Below, in pieces: positions 38,179-46,029 of a stretch of DNA of 64,000 nt. Positions within the stretch are counted from its first letter, which is position 1, and each line of letters opens with the position of its first letter. The notes beneath the pieces were generated by a model, which did no database searches, was not told where the DNA came from, and saw nothing but the letters and a program-made list of their open reading frames with translations. The position numbers and the translations under genes are program-made. The stretch lies in the IMG/VR virus record IMGVR_UViG_3300043219_000566, positions 152,502 to 216,501 of that record. One strand, 5' to 3'.

Positions 38179-38847
38179 TCACACCCACCGTGTGAAACGA
38201 GCTTTTGGCCCCCGCCGGGCAATCTGATGCCGCGCCGCCCACGGCCGCCCGATATCGCGCACCAATACCACGCCCTTGCGCGACGAGTGCATGACCGCGC
38301 AGCGCTCGCGGGAAGCAATACCCCAGGCTTTCCAGCGATACACCTCGTGCAGCTGCGTCTCCGGGTTGAAGCTCTCGTCCAACTTCCCGGCCACCCGGCT
38401 GTAAAACGCGCGACACGTCACGCCCGGAGCCAACGCGATCCGCTGCGACTTGTGCGACTGCGCCCGTCCGACGAAACGAACCTGGTAAATTCCTGGATGA
38501 GCATCGAAAGCACGGTAGACATCGGCCATGCGCGTATCGTTGATCATCTCCCAGTCGTCCTCCAGGTGCAGGATGAACTGGGTATCGGCCTGAGACCAGA
38601 GCCAGTTGATCGCTGCCGTAAAGTTGGGTTTCGCCGAGCAACGCGACACGACCGTGCCAAAGAACCTCCGCGCCACGGCGAGTACGTCGTCGGCCGTGTA
38701 TTTACCTGCCGGAGCTGGATCGACGTTGATATACAGCGTCAGATACTTGAAATCCACATCCTTCAAATGCTTCTGAAATGAAGCGTAGGTACGCCGCAGC
38801 AGGTCCGGCCGCAGCATAGCCGTCGTCGTCACCGAGAGCAGCTTCAT
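38179..38847 (-). CDS. GT-A glycosyltransferase-like
   Basis: TTTAMLRPDLL, INVD, FILHLEDDW, DIGR. Confidence 0.75.
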   Translation of the reverse strand: MKLLSVTTTAMLRPDLLRRTYASFQKHLKDVDFKYLTLYINVDPAPAGKYTADDVLAVARRFFGTVVSRCSAKPNFTAAINWLWSQADTQFILHLEDDWEMINDTRMADVYRAFDAHPGIYQVRFVGRAQSHKSQRIALAPGVTCRAFYSRVAGKLDESFNPETQLHEVYRWKAWGIASRERCAVMHSSRKGVVLVRDIGRPWAARHQIARRGPKARFTRWV

Positions 38848-39572
38848 GCGATTACCCACTCGCTGCCGTAGATCGCTCGGTACTGTTCCCAGACCCCGGC
38901 TCGCAACTGCTCGTCGAACTCGGGCAACAACTGCCCGGGATTGCGCCGGGAGCTATCCCACTTGTTGAATATCTCCCGCGGCGCGGCATCGAGCGTGCGG
39001 GCATTGCTCTGGGCATACTCGTAACGTACGATCCGCCCTCCAGATTCCAGCGCGTCCTGAGCAAACAAGCTCCATTCCCGAATCCAGAAGCTGATACTCG
39101 CTGCCGCATTTACCCCGCCAGTATTAGCGACGAACTCGAAGTGGCGTTTGGGCTTGGTCAAGCTGATGTACTGGTGCACCGGATGCCGAACAATGCAGAT
39201 CAGATCTCGGATCACGTCTCGGTTGCGGGAGAAGAAACCAAACATGGGAGCCCGACTGAACATCGTGACTTTGCGCGGACGACCCTTCATCCAGTGACAG
39301 TAGGCCAGCAAGTTCTGCTCGATGGTTAACCGCTCGTCGCACTGGTAACCAGTACGCCGGTGGAAACCCGCGATTGAAGCCGCAGACGGCCGCGCCGCGT
39401 AACCACGGTGGTCTAACTGCTGATCGAACTTGGTAGCCGACTTTTGTTGCTGCGGAAAGTACCACGGCAACCAATAGGTCTCCGGACGGTAGTGACCGGT
39501 GTAACGTCGCTCAAGCCGTCGTTTCAGCCACGTCGAGCCCGAACCCCCGTAGCAAGCGAAAGCGTACTTCAC
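38844..39572 (-). CDS. Sulfotransferase-fold protein
   Basis: CYGGSGSTWL, VRHPVHQYIS, IVRYE; GTGA-coupled start. Confidence 0.65.
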   Translation of the reverse strand: MKYAFACYGGSGSTWLKRRLERRYTGHYRPETYWLPWYFPQQQKSATKFDQQLDHRGYAARPSAASIAGFHRRTGYQCDERLTIEQNLLAYCHWMKGRPRKVTMFSRAPMFGFFSRNRDVIRDLICIVRHPVHQYISLTKPKRHFEFVANTGGVNAAASISFWIREWSLFAQDALESGGRIVRYEYAQSNARTLDAAPREIFNKWDSSRRNPGQLLPEFDEQLRAGVWEQYRAIYGSEWVIA

Positions 39573-40303
39573 AGCATCTCCCTTCCGAAGCGCCGACGCA
39601 ATTGTCGCGCAAACCGCGGCAGCAGCAGCGCGTACGGAAACGGGCGCGGTGACGACGGAATCTTCCACCGCGCAAGATACCAGGCCAAGATAAACTCGGG
39701 TACGCCGCAGCGATACTTGCGAATCGCACCCAGAATCTCGTCACTCAGCAGCTCGGAGTACAACGCAGCATAAACCCGCATCTGCGCGGGACGCCCTGCC
39801 AGAAACGTGTCGTTGATAGCGTAGCCCGCGCTCGGCAAGCCCTTCACCTTGAAGTTCGAGTAGCACAGCTCCGTGCGAGTCCACGCCAGCAACTTATCCC
39901 AGTCGAGACAGAACGTCGGGTACCAGTCGAAACGGCAACGCAGAATGATGTCGTACTCGTCGAGGTTCCCGATCAACTCGAAAGCACTTTGAATCGTCAA
40001 ATACTGGGCAAATAGCCCGGTCTTGATGCTGAAGCGCTTGCGTTGAAACGGCAGTTGTTCGACCTGTGCGGCTTTGGCCGTGACCTCAGCCGCGACCGCG
40101 TCCCAGGAATGAAGCACCAGCTTACGTGGGCTGTACGTATCCGCAAGCGCCGCCCGGCCCTGCTCACAGCTGTAACCCTCGTCAAACGTGTCCCAGGCAT
40201 AGACATACGTATCGACCTCCTGATCACCGAGCATCTTCCGCCAGGCCGGGGCCGTCTTGGCGAACGTCCGCGGCATACCGCCGAACACCACAGCTACTTT
40301 CAT
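39569..40303 (-). CDS. Putative glycosyl/phospho-transferase-like protein of phage glycan loci
   Basis: MKVAVVFGGMPRTF...YDIILRCRFD...INDTFLAG...PE; ATGA-coupled to the GDPD-like gene. Confidence 0.55.
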   Translation of the reverse strand: MKVAVVFGGMPRTFAKTAPAWRKMLGDQEVDTYVYAWDTFDEGYSCEQGRAALADTYSPRKLVLHSWDAVAAEVTAKAAQVEQLPFQRKRFSIKTGLFAQYLTIQSAFELIGNLDEYDIILRCRFDWYPTFCLDWDKLLAWTRTELCYSNFKVKGLPSAGYAINDTFLAGRPAQMRVYAALYSELLSDEILGAIRKYRCGVPEFILAWYLARWKIPSSPRPFPYALLLPRFARQLRRRFGREML

Positions 40304-40749
40304 GACGTCGCTCCAATGTAACGAGCTGGGTAATCCGAGCAAATCGCGTAGCAGCCCCGCAGCTCATCCGGCGTGTAATTGGCCTGCTCGGGCAATACCG
40401 CGATGCTGCGCTGGGTCAACTGCGCACCGGTCCGCGTCCACACAAGCCCGCACGAAGTCAACGCTACCGCATCCTGGTCGTGAAAGAACACGTGTGCGTA
40501 ATTGAGCAGACGGCAAAGCGCTTCGACATTCTTGGCATGAACCCAAATGTCAGGCTGAGCCAGCCAAAATAGCTCAATGGGCTCCGACGGGCCGTCATGC
40601 CCTAGCCACAGCTCACCCTCATGCCACCAAACGTCGACCTCGACCTGAAAGCCCGCCGCACGCGCAGATTCCAGATACTCAAGCCGATTCTCGCGATTTA
40701 CCACCCGTCCAGCTACATTTCCGCGATGGCTGATGGGTCTTTGATCCAT
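40300..40749 (-). CDS. Minimal glycerophosphodiester phosphodiesterase (GDPD)-like protein
   Basis: ISHRGN, EN, VEVDVW, LGHD, HAKN, ICSDY. Confidence 0.8.
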   Translation of the reverse strand: MDQRPISHRGNVAGRVVNRENRLEYLESARAAGFQVEVDVWWHEGELWLGHDGPSEPIELFWLAQPDIWVHAKNVEALCRLLNYAHVFFHDQDAVALTSCGLVWTRTGAQLTQRSIAVLPEQANYTPDELRGCYAICSDYPARYIGATS

Positions 40750-41336
40750 TTCCGTACCACCGTAATGCCCCAGTCATCGTCGCGCTCCTTGAAGAACTGG
40801 TTCACGTCGAACAGCTCGCGATCGATAGCCGGGAGCAATGCAACCGGACCGGGATGAAAATTCGTGTCATGCAGCACAATAACGCCGAACGGCGAGACAA
40901 ACTCGGCGTAGCGCCAATCGCGCACTACCTGATCGACCGAGTGCCAACCGTCGATGTGTAAGAAGTCGATCACCCGCTCACCGCATAGCTCCTCGACCTT
41001 GGCCATCACGCGCTCTAGGTCCGAGGAGTCGCAGCGCAACGTATGCACGTTGGCGCGCTCGATGTAGCACTTGTCCTGCGTGTCCACGCCCAGGTAAAGC
41101 ACGTCGGCGGGCAATTCCACCAGCAGCACCTGCGTACCGGATGCACCGTCCCCGTGATTGGATACGCCAATTTCCAAAACCAAACGCCTCTGTCCCGCTA
41201 GCGAACGAAATGCTTCGCGCAACACGCTCTGATCGCGCGTAGAGTACACTCTGGAAATGCGCTTCTTAGCCGCAGCAAAATTGGGCGGACGATCCTTGTC
41301 ACCGTTGCTCGGAACATAGGTTAATCCGTAACTCAT
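40713..41336 (-). CDS. Class I SAM-dependent methyltransferase (Methyltransf_24-like)
   Basis: VLEIGV, YLGVD, CDS, IDFLHIDGWHS, GVIVLHDT. Confidence 0.85.
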   Translation of the reverse strand: MSYGLTYVPSNGDKDRPPNFAAAKKRISRVYSTRDQSVLREAFRSLAGQRRLVLEIGVSNHGDGASGTQVLLVELPADVLYLGVDTQDKCYIERANVHTLRCDSSDLERVMAKVEELCGERVIDFLHIDGWHSVDQVVRDWRYAEFVSPFGVIVLHDTNFHPGPVALLPAIDRELFDVNQFFKERDDDWGITVVRKWIKDPSAIAEM

Positions 41337-42529
41337 TCAGTTACTCCCCATAGTCGAATAGCCTGACGGTACTCAGCTCCGTGCTCACCGTCGATCGCCT
41401 GGCGCATCGCCCGCGCGCCTGCCAAGGTTCCGCCGGGATGACCGTGAATACTGCCGCCACAATTCGCCAGCCAGTCGTTACCGAAGCGCTTGACAATCGC
41501 TTGCACCAGCCCCGGGTGCAACCCGCAGCTGAGCGCAGGCAGCACGTCGGCTTGCCGCAGGACGGCCAGCGTCGCGCTCAGCTCATCCTCCGGATCAGAC
41601 AGATACCCGCCCCACATCCCGGCATGAATGAAGTCGACGCCCATCAGGCCCGCCAGCTTGCAAATCACGTTCCAAGAGATGTACGCGCGGTCGGTCGGCG
41701 TGGTCATGATGCGATCGCCGCTTTTCTGAAAGAACAACGCCAACGGCAGATCCAGGCGGCGCACGGCCCGATAGGCTCCCAAGCCACTCCAGATATTGAG
41801 ATGCACAGCATTGCCGCCCAGCTCGTGCACCAACGCTACGCGATCCAGCAGTTCCGGTCCGTCGGCGGTCACACAGACCGCGTAGATCACGTGCTTGTCG
41901 TGCAAGTAGTCCATGATCAGCGGCACCCGCTCCTTCAGCGAGCAGCACGCCGGGTTCGACATGATCTCGTCTTCCTTGATGAAATTGACCCCGCCCGCGA
42001 CCAGCTCCTTGACCACAGCTAGTAACGTGGACGGGCTAATACCCACCTTGGGCTTGATAATCCCACCCAGCAGCGGTTTATCGTGGCAACGGGTAGCCTG
42101 ACGGATGCCGCCGAGCCCGTAGCGCGGCGGCAAGAAGCCCGCGCAAGCTGACTTCGGGATCTCCAGCCCGAGCAATCCGCAGCCCTCGATGAGATCGATG
42201 TCGAGCTGACCACCCATCAACTGACACAGCAATTGAGATATGCCGTCGTTCGGCAAATCGATATTAGCCAGTGGAAACGCGATCTTCACTTCGCCCTTCC
42301 GGCGGCGCGCCAGATCGTCCGGGTCGTGCGGGATCAGACAACCGTGCTTGCGGAACAGCTCGGGGCTCTCCCACGCGCTGCGCATATTCGGGTTGCCAAT
42401 ACTCTGGCCCACCGCCAATGCCCAAGCTGCCTCCTTCAGCGTAGTACGCGAGCGCAAGTTGTAACGCGCAACGATGTACTCCTCGGGGTCGTACTGGCTC
42501 GTGAAAACAATCGACTCAACTGACGACAT
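41333..42529 (-). CDS. RuBisCO-like protein (form IV, divergent)
   Basis: KPLLGGIIKPKVG, GGVNFIKEDE, GVDFIHAG, PALSCGLHPG, CGGSIHGHPGGTLAGARAMRQAI; 398 aa. Confidence 0.93.
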   Translation of the reverse strand: MSSVESIVFTSQYDPEEYIVARYNLRSRTTLKEAAWALAVGQSIGNPNMRSAWESPELFRKHGCLIPHDPDDLARRRKGEVKIAFPLANIDLPNDGISQLLCQLMGGQLDIDLIEGCGLLGLEIPKSACAGFLPPRYGLGGIRQATRCHDKPLLGGIIKPKVGISPSTLLAVVKELVAGGVNFIKEDEIMSNPACCSLKERVPLIMDYLHDKHVIYAVCVTADGPELLDRVALVHELGGNAVHLNIWSGLGAYRAVRRLDLPLALFFQKSGDRIMTTPTDRAYISWNVICKLAGLMGVDFIHAGMWGGYLSDPEDELSATLAVLRQADVLPALSCGLHPGLVQAIVKRFGNDWLANCGGSIHGHPGGTLAGARAMRQAIDGEHGAEYRQAIRLWGVTE

Positions 42530-42839
42530 GCTTGTCTCCCGGCCGCGAAGGGATCTTGACCACGATCAGCTCGCAGTCCTCGTGGAAGACGGGGTCCGCT
42601 AGCTCAAAGGGATGCAGGACAAATACGTCACCGGCCTGCAACTCGCGGTCTTGGATACGCATTCTTCCACGGATGAGGTAGTTGACCTCTACGGATTTCT
42701 TGTGATAGTGCCTCGGCCACTCCTCGCCTTGCCGATGCCGCAGATACCCGACCTCGCAGTCGGCAGTCTGAAAGGCCGCAGGCTCGAAGTTGCCTACGAA
42801 CCAGCCGCCTTCCATCGTCTTGATGTGGCGAATGTCCAT
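42516..42839 (-). CDS. Cupin-fold protein
   Basis: GGWFVGNFEP, HYHKKSVEVNYLIRG, GDVFVL, VVKIPS. Confidence 0.85.
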   Translation of the reverse strand: MDIRHIKTMEGGWFVGNFEPAAFQTADCEVGYLRHRQGEEWPRHYHKKSVEVNYLIRGRMRIQDRELQAGDVFVLHPFELADPVFHEDCELIVVKIPSRPGDKHVVS

Positions 42840-42840
42840 G

Positions 42841-43566
42841 CTACTCGTGGGGCAAGTCTCCCCGCCTCAACTTCTCCAGGAACAACTCCAAGTCCTCGGG
42901 AATCCCAATCGCGTGATGAACCTCCGCCGGAATGCGGTAGACCACCACCTTTGAGCCTGCCTTGATCATGGCGTTGTACGTCGGGCACACGTACGGCTCG
43001 CCATCGTGAGCGCGTTCACCGGTCTGAGCAGCTCGAATGAAGTCCCGCCCGTGACGCCACCAGTGAATGCCGTTGCTGGCGATATCGCTGATGACCCGCT
43101 TCTCGACGATAAGGTCGACGACGTCGTTGTCGTCGACGCGCACGAAGCAGTCCGTCGCCCGACTGCACGGATAGCAAACCACGATGCCGTCTGCGCTAGT
43201 GTGCTCGATGAAAGTCAGAAAGCGCTGCGGGTTCCACGTCATGTACTGATCGCAGTTGGCGATCACCAGCTCGTCGTCGTTGTTGATCAACGCCACAGCC
43301 TGTATGCACGTGTCTGCCGGTCCAGCGGTATCGTCGACAATCACGATCTCCGCCTCGGGATAGTGCTCCAGCACGACCGCATCGATCCCGTAGCGCCTCA
43401 CATGCTCACGATGCAGACAGAAAATCAACCGACCCGGCAGATCCAACGTATCGACCGCCCGCTTGAACATCGGCTCCCCCGCCACGTCGATAAGAGGTTT
43501 GATCGTGTCGATGTTGCCGAACCGCGCTCCACGGCCTGCCATAGGGATAAGAACGTTCCTGCTCAT
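42841..43566 (-). CDS. Sugar-phosphate nucleotidyltransferase
   Basis: IPMAGRGARF, KPLIDV.GEPM, T.GPA.T, IANCDQ, IVEK, IGIPEDL. Confidence 0.9.
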   Translation of the reverse strand: MSRNVLIPMAGRGARFGNIDTIKPLIDVAGEPMFKRAVDTLDLPGRLIFCLHREHVRRYGIDAVVLEHYPEAEIVIVDDTAGPADTCIQAVALINNDDELVIANCDQYMTWNPQRFLTFIEHTSADGIVVCYPCSRATDCFVRVDDNDVVDLIVEKRVISDIASNGIHWWRHGRDFIRAAQTGERAHDGEPYVCPTYNAMIKAGSKVVVYRIPAEVHHAIGIPEDLELFLEKLRRGDLPHE

Positions 43567-44477
43567 CAGCTCTCCAATCGTGTAACGAATTCGCGCATCC
43601 GTTCAGCCCGCGTACCGAACTTCGCGTGCAGCAACTCCACCATATTGGTATTGAGACGCTGCCGCAAACTCTCATCTCGCAACAACCGCGAAACGTAACG
43701 AGCCGCAGTATCGATGTCGCGCGCCGGGTAAACCAACGCAGTCTGCTCGTGGATAGCGTAGTCCTGCATCCCGCTGCGCGGGTGATCGGTACAGACCAGC
43801 GCGCAGCCCGCCAGCGCCGCCTCGATCGGTGGATTGTGCAGGCCCTCCAGCTCGGTGGGCGCAAACCAGACCTTCAGTCCGTTGTACCAGTTGTTCAGCC
43901 GCTCCGGAGTCGGACGCTTGATATGGCGATTGAGCTGCTGGATCGGCTGATCAAGCTGACGTTCGAGAAAGTCGATGTCGCCGTTGCGCTTGGTCGCATG
44001 GCGATTGTTGCGCAGAGCCCCCGCCCCGGCCCGCACGCGCGGAACCAGGTGAAACCAGTGCGGGTCCAGCCCCGGGTACTGCAGCATCACCGAGATCCCG
44101 TACTCTCGCATGTAGGCGTAGAGCCACTGGGAGTTCACGAAGACGCGATCGACCGCCCGAAACGAGCGCAGTAACGTCGCCTCGGTGGCTTTCCACAGCT
44201 CCAGGCCGCGCACGTAGTAGGTCTGCAACCGAGCGGAAGTGTAGCGCGCTACAGATCTGACGCTGTTGATCCCGGTCGCGATGGTCACGTCGCAGGGCGG
44301 ATGCGTCTCGCCCCCGATGCACTCGATCTTCGCCGGATGCCAAGTGTAACGGCTACGTCCACAATGAAAGAAGGCCTTGTGCCCTAGCTCGCGCAGCGTC
44401 TCCACGCAACGCACCAGCGTACGGGAGCCGCCGTTGTTAGCTAGCCCCACGCCGCGCATGTTAAAGCAAATTCTCAT
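43566..44477 (-). CDS. GT-B glycosyltransferase (GT4-like)
   Basis: NNGGSRTL, VNSQWL, EGLHNPPIEAALAGC. Confidence 0.85.
   Translation of the reverse strand: MRICFNMRGVGLANNGGSRTLVRCVETLRELGHKAFFHCGRSRYTWHPAKIECIGGETHPPCDVTIATGINSVRSVARYTSARLQTYYVRGLELWKATEATLLRSFRAVDRVFVNSQWLYAYMREYGISVMLQYPGLDPHWFHLVPRVRAGAGALRNNRHATKRNGDIDFLERQLDQPIQQLNRHIKRPTPERLNNWYNGLKVWFAPTELEGLHNPPIEAALAGCALVCTDHPRSGMQDYAIHEQTALVYPARDIDTAARYVSRLLRDESLRQRLNTNMVELLHAKFGTRAERMREFVTRLES
44241..44252. repeat. 12-bp palindrome GTAGCGCGCTAC (in frame, VARY; extends to 14 bp)
   Basis: tGTAGCGCGCTACa. Confidence 0.9.
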
Positions 44478-44794
44478 AGCTTTATCCGTGCCCAGTGTTC
44501 TTCTGGCTCGTCACATTCGATCACGAGCATGCGAACAACCAGAGCCGGAATGGAAAAAGGCACAAAGCCCCTCAGCCCTCGGCGGCCCATGTTGATTTCC
44601 CAAAACTGCAGCTGCCCCCACTCACCATTCGGCTCGCCGTCTATCGCTCCTAAGAACCGCACCAGTTGCCCTTGGCCCTGAGACCCGAGTTTTCGGAAAG
44701 CATCGATGAACACCGGAACCACGCGGCCAATGTTGGATTCGTCGACAACTTGTCCATCGTACTCGGTAGATAACATCACCACGTACTCCTTCAT
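44474..44794 (-). CDS. Hypothetical protein
   Basis: Stop coupled (ATGA) to the glycosyltransferase start. Confidence 0.55.
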   Translation of the reverse strand: MKEYVVMLSTEYDGQVVDESNIGRVVPVFIDAFRKLGSQGQGQLVRFLGAIDGEPNGEWGQLQFWEINMGRRGLRGFVPFSIPALVVRMLVIECDEPEEHWARIKL

Positions 44795-44801
44795 CACCCG
44801 C

Positions 44802-45602
44802 CTACGTCGCACCAGGAATTTCGGCATCGGCGTCCACGGCATTGGGCCATAGGTCCAGCGCCTTCCGCGGGTCTTCGGCATCGTACTCCCAGAACAGCCG
44901 CCAACGCCAAGCCGGAGCAGGCGGGATTTTGCGGTGCTCAGCCGCGAGCACCACCGACGTCGGAGTATCCGGGTTCACGCGTAGCAAGTGGTTCAGATTG
45001 ATATTGCGATTTTGGCATTCCCAGTTACGTCGACGGACCTGACGAATCCGGATGTCACCGATCAACGTAAGGTGCTCGATGCACTTCTTGTACGGAAACT
45101 TTCCGGTCGCAAAGCCAGCAGCAGTCTCACAAAAACGCGTGAGCGTGAACGGCACCTGCTTGTCGCGCGCCTGCGTCATCAGTGAATCACCCGGAAACTT
45201 GATCTCGGGCATGACCACCACCGTTAGCTCAGGATTTGTCCTATTCGTCTGCGGATGCCAGTGGCCATCCATCTCGCGCTCAAAGAAACGACACCAACGC
45301 AACCACTCCCAATCCGGCTCGGACATAATCGCGCCTGGCCGATGAGTTCCGCGCGCCCGCTCGCCCCTGCAACGCAGCACGCGCTTACCCCGCACCGCAT
45401 CGAGCGCGTGACCAATGTGCGCAGCTGTGCTGCTAGAATAGGTTTCGTCGGGATGCCGAATGTAAAAGATATCCTCCCCCACCCTCCGTCCAATCTCGTA
45501 CCAACTGTGAGACCACAGACTGATCCCGTCTGTGGACATACGGGAACCCCCGCGCTGCTTCCTGGAGATCCAGGCCGCAGCCACGTCGCTATGACTAACC
45601 AT
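44802..45602 (-). CDS. Hypothetical protein
   Basis: GAGGT RBS before ATG at 45602. Confidence 0.6.
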   Translation of the reverse strand: MVSHSDVAAAWISRKQRGGSRMSTDGISLWSHSWYEIGRRVGEDIFYIRHPDETYSSSTAAHIGHALDAVRGKRVLRCRGERARGTHRPGAIMSEPDWEWLRWCRFFEREMDGHWHPQTNRTNPELTVVVMPEIKFPGDSLMTQARDKQVPFTLTRFCETAAGFATGKFPYKKCIEHLTLIGDIRIRQVRRRNWECQNRNINLNHLLRVNPDTPTSVVLAAEHRKIPPAPAWRWRLFWEYDAEDPRKALDLWPNAVDADAEIPGAT

Positions 45603-45615
45603 CGTTACCTCAGAA

Positions 45616-46029
45616 TCAATCGAAACCGGTGAATACCTCATTGGAGAATTTGTCTGCTTCGGAAGCCTCGGGCTGCAAAAGGCCCTGCTTCTCTTTGGCC
45701 CGCTCCCAACGCTGCATAACCGTTGCAACGAACTCGCTCATAACGGCCCGGCGCAATCGGTCGATCAGCTCGCGAAAGCGTGCGTTGTCAGTAGAGCGCA
45801 GATTCGCAAACCCGCGCGTAGCGGTAGAGACTCCGATAACCATGCCTTTGTGCTGAATGGGGTTGCTAGTCTGTACGATGTGATCGTACAGCGCATGACC
45901 GATGATCTTGGATTGCTCCGACGGGCCAAACTTACCTTTCAGCGGCACGCCCCGCCCTTGAAAATCGATACCATCGATCACCCGGTCGCGCTCGCGCTCG
46001 GCTAACTGCACTAGCTGCGCAAAAGTCAC
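45616..46029 (-). CDS. Hypothetical protein
   Basis: GTGA coupling to the upstream kinase. Confidence 0.55.
   Translation of the reverse strand: MTFAQLVQLAERERDRVIDGIDFQGRGVPLKGKFGPSEQSKIIGHALYDHIVQTSNPIQHKGMVIGVSTATRGFANLRSTDNARFRELIDRLRRAVMSEFVATVMQRWERAKEKQGLLQPEASEADKFSNEVFTGFD

Noticed and set aside
38177-38641. N-terminal extension of ORF 37448..38641 as a fused domain
   Set aside because: It overlaps the glycosyltransferase 38179..38847 in another frame; the sulfotransferase motifs begin at the ATG at 38176
41333-42529. Bona fide RuBisCO large subunit (carbon-fixation gene)
   Set aside because: Lacks the K334, H294, N123 and E60 equivalents; no rbcS or prk nearby
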